Made by a program: the position numbers and the translations under genes
NCBI RefSeq assembly: GCF_018350175.1
Contig: NC_058368.1
Span: 156,924,001-156,988,000, forward strand
Direction: 5' to 3'
DNA length: 64,000 bases
Source: Felis catus
Lineage: Eukaryota
Notes under the pieces: model-generated
Told to the model about the DNA's origin: nothing
Database searches by the model: none
The model's input: the letters and a program-made list of their open reading frames with translations, nothing else
In this document: positions 1-12,213 of the stretch, one piece after another
Numbering within the stretch: position 1 is the first letter of the stretch
Layout of the letters: every line of letters starts with the position of its first letter

Positions 1-559
1 CCACCTTAACACCGTAATGAGGGAGAGGAATACTTAAAGGGTGTGGGTCCTTAAGAGATATTAGGACATCTCTCCAAGGAGATGAGGGGTATCACAAGTT
101 AGAAGTCAAAGTTAGGGTGGCAGTCAAATATCAAAGTCATCTCCCCACATGATCTGCCCATCTTCCCTTACTCTACCCCAGTACCCTATGTACCTCCCAG
201 GTTAGAGCATGAGGAGATGAGGGCCAGGTCCTACACCAGAGCAGCAAGGGTCATTCAACAGGAGACCTCCCTGGTATGCCCTGGGGTCCTGAAGGGAGAG
301 TCCCAGACTTGTTGCTCTGGGACAGAGTGCAAAAGCCTGACCAGTTGCCATCCATGGATACTACACTGGTCAAGGAGGTCTGGCGATCATGACAGGCAAG
401 TCATGTAGGATGAGGCCATGTAGTCCATGCCTTGTGGGAAGTACTTGAAGGCCGTGGTCAGCTTGGGTTGGCACCTTTTAAAAGCCAGTTTGTTTGTCTT
501 GTTAAAGCAAGAGTCCTTAAATTACTTAGTTGTGAGAAGCAATAACAGACTAATCTACT

Positions 560-1280
560 GGAAGCAATAATAAATTTTACATTTCCAGCCTTATTTGTAA
601 TAGCACAAAAGTGGAAATAACCCAAAAGTTCACTAAGAGATTGGACATGATGAGAAAATTGAAGTATATCCATACAATCAGCACTATGAAGGAATTAACT
701 ATTAATACGTAAAATAACATTAATAGATCTCAAAATTATACTGAGTGAAAAAAATCCAGGCCCCCAAAAATACATACTATAGGATCTTCCTGATATAACA
801 TTCTAGAAAATGCAAACTAAATCTATGATTAAATAAGTTGCAAGGGGATGAAGGAAGGGAGGGATTAAAAAGTGGCATAAAGGAGGGGCACCTGGGTGGC
901 TCAGTCAGTTAAGCACTGACTCCTGATTTTGGCTCAGGTCAGGTCATAATCTCAAATTTCATGAGATCAAGCGCTACAGTCCGGCTTCGTGCAGGCATCA
1001 TGAAGCCTGCTTGGGATTCTCTCTCCCACTCTCTGTACCTTCCCTGCTCCTGTTTGCGTGCTCTCTCTCACTCTCTCTCTCAAAATAAATAAACATTAAA
1101 AAAATAATTTTAAAAAGTGGTATAAGGAAACTTTCTGGATCCAGGGAGATATTTTGTATTTTGATAATAATGAAGATTTTACACATGTATACAATTTCAA
1201 AACTCATCAAATTGTACACTTTTAACATGTGAAATTTATTGTGTGACAATTATGCTGCAATAAAGCTGTTTAAAAAAAAA
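560..1280 (+). mobile_element. Old L1 (L1M-type) 3' end fragment, interrupted by a SINE
   Basis: Typical L1M 3' motifs (tatttgtaatagc...aaacta/ccc; caaaactcatcaaattgtacact...aataaagctgtttaaaaa). Confidence 0.7.
885..1111 (+). mobile_element. Can-SINE
   Basis: ggggcacctgggtggctcagtcagttaag head, (CT)n, aataaa tail; TSD aaaaagtgg(c/t)ataa(a)gga. Confidence 0.95.
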
Positions 1281-1335
1281 ACCGCCACTCTCACAAAGAA
1301 GTCATTGAAGTTCCCATCAAAATTAGAACTTCCAG

Positions 1336-2030
1336 TGGTTCCAGTTCAAGATGGCAATGTAAGGGGATCCTGAAACTCTTCCCACCCATCCCATCCCACT
1401 CTGACAAATACACAGAATCTATGGCTACATATGGAACAACTTCCTCTGAAAAAAAAAAAAAAAACAAAAACAAAACAGAACTGGCTGAGCAACTCCTATG
1501 CACTGGATGAGCCAGAGAAAGCACACAACACAGTGGTAGAAGCTGGGACACAATCGTGCCATAAATCTGAGTCCTGGTGCAGCAAGTCATAATCCAGAGG
1601 GAATTCAAAACTCCAAGCTTCTCCCTAAGGAGCAAAGGGTTTGAACCTCACATCAGGCACACCCATTTTTAGGACCTGCTCCTGTGAAATGAGCCCCCAA
1701 AACATCTAGCTTTAAAACCAACAGGGCTTACATCCACAAGACCCACAAGGCTATAACAATCTAAGAAATGGCTCCTACAGGGCTTGGACACTTAGACTCA
1801 CCCGCCTCAAGACAAAGAATGGACATAATAGGTAATCAATCAGGAGCGTGTGGACTTTGTGTGGGAACAGCTCAACTGCTAGTCTTGGGACGTCAGCCTA
1901 GGGCACAAGCATCTGATATGACACACATTTTGGGGCCTGCTGGGGTGGTCTCTGGGGATGGAGACTGGTGGGTGCCAGCTTTACACTCATCTTACTTCAG
2001 CCAGCAGACACCATCTTGAAGTACGTGTGC

Positions 2031-2077
<47 letters not shown>

Positions 2078-2675
2078 TCTAGGCTTATTTTTCTCTTTTC
2101 TTTCTTTCTCTTCTGACAGGCACAATCTCTACACTCTCCTCCTGCCTAACTACAGCTTTCCAGTATCTCCCAGAAAGGGGCTTATACACTCATCTGGAGC
2201 CCCAATTTTGATGAATGCTATGCAGGGGACAGCTCCAGATGGCCTGGCACTGGTGGCCATTGGGGCTTACACTTTTTATCTAATAGGATTGTATATATTT
2301 GCATACATGAAAAGTTGCTGTTTGAGAGTCTGGCTTCCAATCAATCCGAAACTAGGTGCTGACCGAAATTTTCCCCTTTGGGACACTGACAGTTGACACC
2401 CTCAACTACTGGGAAGTATTAAAAATAAAATGAGCTGCCTGGACAATCACAAAGGCTTAAAAGACAACCAAGATCTAGAGCAAGGTTGAATGATAAGGTT
2501 CGTCTCCTACATGAGGCTACTCCTTCAAGGCTGAGAGAGTTAGCTGTTCATTTAATGCATAGAAGTTAATACACAGTGTCAAGCAAAATGAAGAAACAGA
2601 GGAGGATGTTCCAAATGAAAGGACAAAATAAAACCTCAATAAAAAAAAAAAACCTCCATGAAATGGAGATAAATA
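1336..2675 (+). mobile_element. L1/HAL1-like 5'UTR and start of ORF1 (degraded)
   Basis: Begins ttccagttcaagatggc; ends with ORF1-like start aaaatgaagaaacagaggaggatgttccaaatgaaaggacaa...aaatggagata. Confidence 0.65.
2033..2074. repeat. (CA)n microsatellite
   Basis: About 20 perfect CA units. Confidence 0.95.
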
Positions 2676-2734
2676 CAACTATGGCTATTAGGTATATGTA
2701 AATCAATAAACAAGATGAATCCCAGCTCTCAGAC

Positions 2735-2895
2735 ATAGATATATAGATAGATAATAGATAGAGAGATATAGATATAGATATAAATATTATATATACACAT
2801 ATTATATAAATATATTTTATATATCTAGATAGATATAGATATAGATATAGATATAGATATAGATATAGATATAGATATAGATATAGATAGATATC
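2735..2895. repeat. (ATAGAT)n / AT-rich simple repeat
   Basis: Tandem agatat hexamers. Confidence 0.95.
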
Positions 2896-3499
2896 TTACT
2901 TGATGATGTAGTAATGAAGAACTACTAAAGCCATGGATAAATGAAACTCATAGAAAACCTCTCATGATAAGAAAAGATGAAAGTGGCTTAAACCACAAAA
3001 AGGAAGGGACAACTATAAAATGGGAAAATATAAGAGGGCACTGTTTTTAAACAGGTAGCATACAACTGTGGTCCTGGAAAGAAGAGAAACATAAAGTTAG
3101 TCCAGGATTGGACTTTCCTGGGACAGCACAGGACAACAGAAACCCAGCAGAGCAGAGATCTTAGTAAGCCAATGATGCAGAGAGAATAGAATCCTAAGTT
3201 TCAGGGGGTGGGAAGAGAGAAGGCTGGAAGTCATTATGGGGATTTATAATTAGTCCTTGGTGCAAATATGAAGGTCTAGCAGACATTACCTGATATAGAC
3301 ATGAGAGCTGAACAGAGATAACAAAGGTTGCACAGGGCTGAAAGATGGATATCCACCAGAATGTGGATATCTTGCTGAACACCTTGGGCATTCAGTTGAG
3401 ACCCCATTTCAGACTAAAAAGCACATGCTAGAGTAGAAAAGGAAACATACATATACACATATATGTATGCATAGAAAAGACTGTGTACGATATATCACC

Positions 3500-3700
3500 T
3501 ACAATGTACATCATACAATAAGAAAATTACTAGACATAAGAAGAAACAGCATGAAACAACCCACAGTCAAGAAATAAAGCAGTCAAGAGAAACCATGAAA
3601 TGATGATTCAGGTGTCAGAATTACTAAACAAGGATTGTAAAGCAGCTATTATAAACACATCCAAGGACTTAAAGGAACAGATGGTAATAAGGAGTGCACT
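3500..3700 (+). mobile_element. Old L1 ORF1 5' fragment
   Basis: aaaattactagacataagaagaaacag...tcagaattactaaacaaggattgtaaagcagctattataaa is typical L1M ORF1-start sequence. Confidence 0.55.
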
Positions 3701-3702
3701 GA

Positions 3703-4010
3703 TGGGGAAGTTACTACATTTCTCTGTGTTTCTGTTCCCTCATCTAAAAAATGGGGATAAAAATAATATCACAGAGTATGTAATTATATGTAAGTGCTTA
3801 GAATAATGCCTGATTCATCATAAGCACTTAGTAAGGTTTACTCTGATCATGTAACTTGGGGCATTTTATGTTCAAATCTGAGCCTCAATTTCTTCAATAG
3901 GAAGAAGAGAAAATTTAATTTACCTCATTAGGACTCTTATAAACATTAAATTAATTGTAAAAGTATAGAGGAGACCTAACACAATACGTGGTAGACAATA
4001 AGTATTTGAT
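3703..4010 (+). mobile_element. Two adjacent MIR fragments
   Basis: MIR core (ctcatctaaaaaatggggataa; taagtgcttagaataatgcctg) and a second ctgagcctcaatttc core. Confidence 0.6.
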
Positions 4011-4779
4011 GTCAGCTCTCTTGAACTTCCAGATTCATACTTTTAAGCTTAAGAATATATGATAAGGTAAAGTTGTGATAACACTTCTTTTTCTAAAACA
4101 GAACTAATTAGGAATAAAAGCAATACTATAATACACTTCTACACTTCTTCCATCGGAATATACATAGTTGTCCAAGTTTAAATAAAATGTTCTAACAGTT
4201 AAGTCATCCTTGATCTCCCCCAGCTGGAGCTCCTCAGTCACTAATTCCTGAATTACTTCATTATTTACTCATCCATCTGCTCTTTCCCTAAATGGCTTAT
4301 GAGGTTCAACTCAGAACCAGGTTCTGTGCTGGTCTTGGGAAGAAATCTAAAAAACAAGATAGTCTCTGTCCTCAAGTAATGAAAAGTAAATTAGAATAAC
4401 TACACTAACTACTTAGAGAGGGATAGGTACAGAAAATACAGAAGGGAGTTAAGGTTTACTTATGTTACAACAGGTGATATTTTAGCTGGGACTTAAGCTG
4501 GAAGAAGAGAGATGTGCATCTCAAGGACAGGGAGAAGACCTGAAGTATCTGAAATGGGTAAGCTTGGATTCTGGAGAACGACGATATGAATGGAGCCTAG
4601 TCTGACTAAGGAAGGTACTGAGACATGAGGTATGCAGGGGTCACATCACAAAGGGCCTAATATTTCATGTTAAGGACTTTGAGCTTCATCATGTGAGCAA
4701 TGAAGAATTGGTGACACTTTTAAAAAGCAAAAGAAAAAAGATAAAGTTTAAAAAAAAAAAAAAGCTCATCGGCTATGCC

Positions 4780-4976
4780 GTAAGTCATAAAATCCTTTGT
4801 CTCTGACTCAAGGTTCTAGTATCTACTGTCAGCATCATGAAACTGTGGCAACTAACTTGTTAACAGACAAGACTTGTCTGTAACAAGTAACAGTAACAGT
4901 AACAAGTCTTGTAACAGTAACAGACTTGTTACTGTTGCAAGAACAGTAAAATCTCAGACTCTTCGCAGGTTTTGAT
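4780..4976 (+). mobile_element. ERV1-class LTR 3' fragment (MER34/MER39-like)
   Basis: ataaaatcctttgtctctgac...catgaaactgtggca...ctaacttgtt...gtaaaatctcagac...ttga resembles the recalled LTR end. Confidence 0.6.
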
Positions 4977-5252
4977 GGAGGAGAGGGTTTTCACTTTTAG
5001 AGCAATGGAAAGAAAACAAGGTTTTGAGTCAGACCAATATTAGTCTGGAATTTTTGCCCATCGACTTACAAGCTGCCTAATAACTTCTGAGGATCTTTTC
5101 CTCTTCTATAAAAATGAGTATAACAACACACAAATGTGAAATTATGTGCAAGCATAATGCTTAACAAACAGGTCTTTCCTTTTTTATGACATTTTCATTT
5201 CCAACTTTTTCTTATGGTGTATATAGTTCAATGGTTATATTTTTTAAGCTCT

Positions 5253-5304
5253 GTGACCTAAGCCGAAGTCTGATGCTTAACCAACTGAGCCACCCAGGCG
5301 CCCC
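5253..5304 (-). mobile_element. Can-SINE 5' head only (about 50 nt)
   Basis: gtgacctaagccgaagtctgatgcttaaccaactgagccacccaggcgcccc. Confidence 0.85.
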
Positions 5305-8300
5305 TTATGTAGCATTTAGAAAGATTTACACACATTTCAAAGGGACAGAGAACTTGCAACTACAAGTTTTCTAAAGTACACACTCTAAGAAAAGGCAGGA
5401 GGTAGAAGTCTCATCTCTTCCTTTTGAGAATTCAGCCTCTAATTTTTCATTTGCATTTGCCCTTTCCTAAGTATTGTAATTGGAACCTGAATCTACACAG
5501 CCTGGGACTAGGATCTGCACTTCTAGATTTTTCTTTCTTAGGAACTCAATTCCTTTTTTTCCCCATGTATATAATTACATTCCTAATTCTCACTTTTTGC
5601 TGCCTTTAGTTAGACAAATAATATAATAGATGTGAGGAGCAACGAAAATCATAAATATTGGAACCTCTACTGTCAATAGGACTGATTTAATTCCCAAAGA
5701 TTAAACACTGCATTACATGCGGCTCAATTCTATCAATACTTTGGCAACCTGCCCATCTAACAATGCATTCACATCCCTGGCAGAACAGAAAAATAATGTC
5801 ATTTCATGTACATTCCAGAAGATTGTTTTAAAAAATAGGTCTTTTTCATCATGTACCAATACTAACATACAAATCATGCAAGGAAAGAATACTTGGTATG
5901 TTTGGAAAATGAAAATCAGCAACTAGCACAATAAATATAGCAGGTTATAAGGCAACTAGCAGAATATATAAGACAAGGGAGTGAGAACACATGAGCTGAT
6001 TTTTAAAATTTCATCTGTATAAAAATCACTGCCTTTCTTAGAAATAGAGATTATTTCTAAACTATACATATTTTGTCCATATACTCTACAAAAATTTTTA
6101 CGTGCAAGTACAAGAACATTGCCAGGGGATGGGATAACTACATCTCTGGTATGATTTGAGAAGTTTCCTCTGACCACGATAACTTTAACAACTCCATTCA
6201 AAACAAGAAGAAGGGATAGTATATGACATGCACTAGTTCAAATTTAATAGAAAATGAACAAGGTGCAAGTCAACAACGTACTCCACACACAGATGATGTA
6301 TTAAGTACCCACCTTACATTAACCTTCCATAGGAAATTGTTGTCTTTGCTCTTTCCCAATGAAAATTCATGAAACGAATTACTAAAGAAAGGGCCAGATT
6401 GATATATATCCTTTTATAACCACGGCACACATCATTAGGATAAAATAAGGTATAAAGTATGAAGAAAATAATAAATATGTAAATCCAAACTAACGTACAA
6501 AGACAAGACTATGAAAAGTTCTGAAAAGAAGACATTTCATTTCATTGCCTATGAAGCATTGTGGTGGGGACAGGGAATTGTAAATTTGTTAATTTGAAAG
6601 CTTAATCCAATATCCTAACAGCAGACAGTCTACTGTTGTCTGCAGTTTTCACTATTGCTAAATATACTTGTAGTCTGGGCCATAAAATACCTATTATTAT
6701 ATTAGCTTTTTATTGAATCAGCAATAAATTCCTAGATTTTTTAACTTGCTAGACAGGTTTACTACACCTGCTAAAAATTCAGTCAATAAAAATGTAAATA
6801 ACTTTGTCTTCCAAACTATAAACTACTGAAGCATTTCATTCATAACCACACAGTTAGTAAATGGTGAAGCCAGAATTCCATCCATGAAGACTAGCTCTAG
6901 AGCTTATATCTTAACCTCAAGTTTAGCTGATAATAAAGCATGGTGTCCTTTCTGATAATCTACAAATGATGCCTTTCAGTCTCTAATCTCAAATAAAATT
7001 AACACTGAATCTTCTATATAAGTTATTATGGTGAGTCATGTGGGGCTCTAATGAAATACAGACCTGGCTACTCTATCAAAATGCTTAACTTATAACAAGA
7101 AAAGACAAAGTAATAACAAAAAAAATCAATTGGTGTTTAAGACAATAGAAAAATATGTCTCCAAACCCACTGCAGATATTATTTGGCAAGTTAATTATCT
7201 ATATAGGTGCTACTGAAATTTATAAGCAAGAGAGAAAACTCCAGGATGTGTGCTCCAGCTCTCACTCACCAGCTCTGATTTAGGCAGGTCAATTAATCAG
7301 CTTCTGGGTGCACTATTACACTAATTTGTATAACGATTCGATATCAGCTTTTTCCAAATCGTGGGTTGCAATCCATTAGTGAGTCATAAAATCAATAAAA
7401 CTGGTCGAAACCAGCAACTCTATTAAAAAATGGACTGGAATGGAAAATATCAGAGGTTATCCTGTCGAATTTTAAAGTATACATGTGTATATGAGTGTGT
7501 TTACAAGTCTACTACAAAATGCATTGCTGAACATGGGGATGATCATGAAAATTAGAAAGTCATAGTTATATTCTGAACTCAGGAGAGAATGAGTTCAACA
7601 TTCTTGTCCTTTAAAGATCTTTCCAAAGGTGAAAAAAAATATAGCTTTCTATACTGTCAACTCAAGAGTGGCAAGCATGTCTTACAAATAATGTTTGTAC
7701 TCCCAGCACTAGCACAGTGCCTGACAAAGAGTCAGTCTTCACTATTTGCTGACCATATACTAGGACTGGGAAGGAAATAAAGCAGAAAGCTTTCTACTCA
7801 GAGCAGCGAGATAATAAACTGAATGACACTGCCAAGCCAGATTCCTGCCCCCTCCAGTGCACTGATCCCACCCCTAGCCCTGTGAATAATGGGAAAATTA
7901 TAGGTTCTGGAGTCTGAGGCTGGAAAAGTGCACTGAGGACACTAAGAAGAGCTAGTGTTAACCCTTTACTGAGAAAAGATAAAATTAGAGGGTTGTTATT
8001 CATGCTTCCTATTTTCAACAGGAGCACAGAGAACAAAGGTTAGATATCACATATAAAGCAGAGAGTCAGAGAACCAAGAATTAAAGACAGGCATTAGCAT
8101 CCAAATGCAAGCTGCCTTTATGGATTGGTCTCCAGAACTTCTCAAGGATTGTCCCCTTGAAATCAGTGAGTCATTGCCCTCCCTAAGCACTGTGTGCATT
8201 CTAGCACTGAATCAGGAAGAAGTTTAGCCACAATGCAGCACAAGGGAAGGTGGTGGTTCATCTGTAGCTCAGGGCATCAATGGCTAATCAGAAACATCAG

Positions 8301-8459
8301 ATGCTCTTAAATAAAGGGCTAAATATTGTACATCATGGAACTCTTCTAGTAAAAGTCCACATCAAGTTCTGCCATGTGGGACTTAAATGGGCAGAACCCT
8401 AGTTTGAGTCACCTTTCTTCTTTTTGCTTTGTTCATTTATTCTTTGATATTTTTCAAAA

Positions 8460-8520
8460 AAGAAGAAAGAGAGGAAGGAAGGAAAGGAGAGAAGGAAGGA
8501 AGGAAGGAAGGAAGGAAATA
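8460..8520. repeat. (GGAA)n simple repeat
   Basis: Seen directly. Confidence 0.9.
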
Positions 8521-8797
8521 AATGAGGGTTTCTTTTCTACTAGGTGGTAGGAAACTCTCCTGGAGTGTACCTAGCAATAGGAAATGACACACTATCTCGG
8601 CTCATCTAGGGCCTGTGTTCCAGCAGACCCATTCTTAGCATATCCATACTGTTCTACATATCGGGCTGGGGGCCACACTGACTTCTGTGATTGATAGTAA
8701 AAGAAGGGTGAAAAAGACCCTATCAAAAGAGTTTATTTATGTATTTATTTTACCAAAAAAAAAATCACTTTTTTACAATCACAGTTAGTGGTATACA

Positions 8798-8838
8798 GGT
8801 TGGTTGGTTGGTTGGTTGGTTAGTTGGTTGGTTGGTTT
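8798..8838. repeat. (GGTT)n simple repeat
   Basis: Seen directly. Confidence 0.9.
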
Positions 8839-8874
8839 CCTCCCTCTCTTTTTAGGCCTATTTCTGAAGAGTTA

Positions 8875-9300
8875 TGTTAGTCAGGGTCCAGTAAGGAAAG
8901 CACAAACCACTCTGAGCATTTGAAGCAGAGGGGATATAATGTGAGGAATTGGCTGCACAGATGGTGGAAAGCTGAGAAGCCAAACAGGGAACCATAAGGC
9001 AACCCAGAGTTTGGCAAAAGCAGGCATATTACTGCCACCCTCAGCAGGGATGGACAAAGGGAGGAGGTGACTGGAGCCCAGTGGTGGAGGTCACCCAGTG
9101 AAGCAGGTATCACATTGGAATAAATGGGGGGTGGACCCTGGAGGCATGGGAGTCACAATACCCTGCCCAAAGCCTCCACAAGAGGCATGGAGGTGGGAGG
9201 AGAAATACTTTGGCTTCTCCCTTCCAACCCACCTCCCATTGGCTGAACCCAGCTGGATGCCAGCTGACAAGCAGTCAACAGGAATCTGAGATGAGTAGGG
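8875..9300. mobile_element. MaLR/ERVL-type LTR fossil (MLT1-like)
   Basis: tgttagtcagggtccag...aaaccactctgagcattt terminus; cccattggctgaacccagctgga motif. Confidence 0.55.
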
Positions 9301-9499
9301 AGGACAAAGCTTGAAACTCAAAATCTTTTTCAGGGTCACAAAGATCTAGTTGGTGTTTATTCCCTATCCCTCTTTATTAGTCAGATTTAACATAACCTGC
9401 GGAAAAAAAGACACATTAAGTAGAGAGAAAACATCCTAAACTCACTAGGAATGTTTGCAATTCATTAATCACAATGTCAAATGCTTAGGGAGTGTTATA

Positions 9500-9920
9500 G
9501 TCATTTATTCATACATTTCAGTATTTAGTGAGTTCCTATTATAGGCCAGGCACTATTCAACATGCTGGGAATACAACAGCATGTCTAGATCCACAGTCTC
9601 ATGGAGGAAAATTTAAAAAAAAAAAAATCTCATTATTATAACATCCCAGTTGGGAGCAGTGCTACAAAGCAGGGTATGTAAAGGAGAGAACTATAACTGG
9701 GGATTTGATCAAGTCAGGAAGACTGAGAACAGCTTCCCTGAGGATGAGTTAATAGCTGGCAAATTAGTAGACATTACCTAAATGTTCCCGGCAGAAGAAA
9801 CAGCATAATGAGGAAGGTTGTGACCAATAAAAGGCTCTAAAGTAAGAAGAGTATAGCTTCAAAGAAAAAGCAAGATGGGGTGGTGAAATAGGGTCCAAAA
9901 CCATGAGGAAATTTTAGGCC
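9500..9920 (-). mobile_element. L2 3' fragment
   Basis: cattt...gtatttagtgagttcctattataggccaggcactatt...tgctgggaataca is the L2 3' end in reverse. Confidence 0.6.
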
Positions 9921-10485
9921 ATATTTTTACAAGTTGACCTTACATCAGGACACCCTTCACTTGATCTGTTAACTTCAATAACATTCTGTTCCGGTGTATT
10001 TAGTTTTCTGTCTACATTCTATTCATGACAGGAGATTTTTACTTAGGGTAGTGAAAAAAATTTTCTTAAATGTAGCTAGAGTTTTAAAAAAATCAATTTA
10101 GAGAAAACCATTAAATATATATTGTACAAGCAGTGGGTTGATATGGCAGAAAGTATGAATTACTAATGTTTAAGAAACCCTAGCATAAGAAATAATAATG
10201 TTCTTGAATCATTTTAATACTGGTAAGGACATTTCACAATATTGAGGCTCCTGGGAAATTTCCCTCATTACATTACCTGTCCTCAAATTCTCTGCAACAC
10301 AGATGTCGATAACAGCTTCTGGTTCAATTCACGGTGTACAACTTGAGAATGTATGAGATGGAAGCTTAATGGTTAGTAAAATACAGTGTGAGGAGATGGG
10401 TACCATTAACAAGACCTGACTCATTTTACTTTTTAAAGATAATTTAACTGTTAAAAAAACCTACTAGCTGCTGTTCCACTTTTGC

Positions 10486-10685
10486 TTTTTAATGTTTGTT
10501 TATGTATTTTTGAGACAGAGAGCGTGAGTGGGGAAGGGGCAGAGAGAGGGAGAGAGAATCCCAAGCAGGCTCTGTGCTGTCAGCCCAGAGCTTGTTGCAG
10601 GGCTCAATCCCATTAAACATGAGATCCTGACCTGAGCTGAAATCAAGAGTCAGACACTTAACCAACTAAGCCACCTAGGTGCCCC
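10486..10685 (-). mobile_element. Can-SINE
   Basis: Reverse SINE ending ...gccacctaggtgcccc; approximate TSD tgctgtt(c/t)c. Confidence 0.95.
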
Positions 10686-11107
10686 TGCTGTTTCTTTTTG
10701 GTAATTGCAAGATGTATGATTCATGATCCAGAAATGGGATGGGGAGAGGGAAAGAAAAAAATATATAAAAGTCTTCCTTACAATCCCTTGATAAATGAAT
10801 TGTTGTTATATTGGTATTTTTTCTTTAGTTTTCTATGAACTTATATTTATAGCTTATACATATACACAATTGATATCACTACTTATCCAATTTTATGTGT
10901 TTTTAAAATTTCAGATTATAATAAACATTGTTCTATACCATTAAAACTGCTTCCCAATAGCAATGAGCACACCTCATATGCAGATCTTGGTTTCTAATAC
11001 CATTCTCCAATAAAAAGAACTAGGGATTCTTCGGGAAATGGTTATTTCTAGGACTAGGGCAGGAAACATAAAAGATGAGCCTGGAGCATCTAATAGCAAG
11101 AAAGTAA

Positions 11108-11341
11108 GGGGGCACCTAGATGGCTCCGTTGGTTAAACGCTGGACTTCAGCTCAGGTCATGATCTCAGAGTTCATGGGTTTGAGATCCGCATCAGGCTCT
11201 GTGCTGACAGCTCAGAGCTTGGAGCCTGCCTCAGATTCAGTGTCTCCCTCTCTCCTTGCCCCTCCCCCACTCACAATCTATCTGTCTCTCTCTGTGTGTG
11301 TCTCTCTCTCAAAAAATAAACACTAATTTTTTTAAAAAAAT
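11108..11341 (+). mobile_element. Can-SINE
   Basis: Full head, (CT)n, A-tail; TSD aag(a/g)aagtaag. Confidence 0.95.
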
Positions 11342-11999
11342 AAGGAAGTAAGGAAGTACTTACGGAAATAAATACACTTACAATGATGGGAGTATGCCAA
11401 AGGGACAAAGGGGCAAATTGAAGGAGCTCTCAATTGCCAAAGCTGGAACAATCTGAGCAACAAAGTAAATAAATTAGTGTTGGGTTATCACACACAGTAC
11501 AAAATGAATACCCACCAGTCCATACTGCTATAAATCAACGACTGAATAAATAAATACTGGGAAGACTGAATAAATCTCCTCTGCTGAATTTGAAATAATT
11601 GATGTCTATACTCCACCCTCACAGAAGTGGAACATAACTTCCCACTCCCTAAGTATAAGCTGTGCACAGTGTCTTCCTTCCAAGTACACTATGGGAGAGG
11701 GGTGGGGAGGAATAACTTCACAGAAGCCTGCCAAACACGGCTTCAGGCAAGTGATCAAGGTTCACATTGACCATAATAAATCAGGTTGATAAGAACCGAT
11801 GAAAATAGCATTCTACCTCTGCAGTGTTTCTCCTCAAAACCCATAACCCCAGTCTAATAATGAGAAAAACATCAGACAAATCCCAATGGAGAAATATTCT
11901 ACAAAATATCTGACCATACTCCTCAAACCCATCAAGGTCATCAAAAATAAGGAATGTCTAAAACACTAGGGGCTGAAGGAAACATGACAAAATACAATC

Positions 12000-12213
12000 G
12001 GGGCGCCTGAGTGGCTCATTTGGTTAAGCGGCCTACTTCAGCTCAGGTCATGATCTCGTGGTTCGTGAGTTCGAGCCCCGTGTCGGGCTCGGGGCTGACA
12101 GCTCGGAGCCTGGAGCCTGCTTCAGATTCTGTGTCTCCCTCTGTCTGCCCCTCCACTGCTTGCACTCTGTCTCTCACATTGTCTCAAAAATAAATAAACA
12201 TTTAAAAAAAAAA
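12000..12213 (+). mobile_element. Can-SINE (relatively young, CpGs retained)
   Basis: ggggcgcctgagtggctca...gttcgtgagttcgagccccgtgtcgggctc. Confidence 0.95.

Noticed and set aside
1968..2396. 142-aa ORF with a THTH repeat
   Set aside because: (CA)n microsatellite inside an L1-like 5'UTR.
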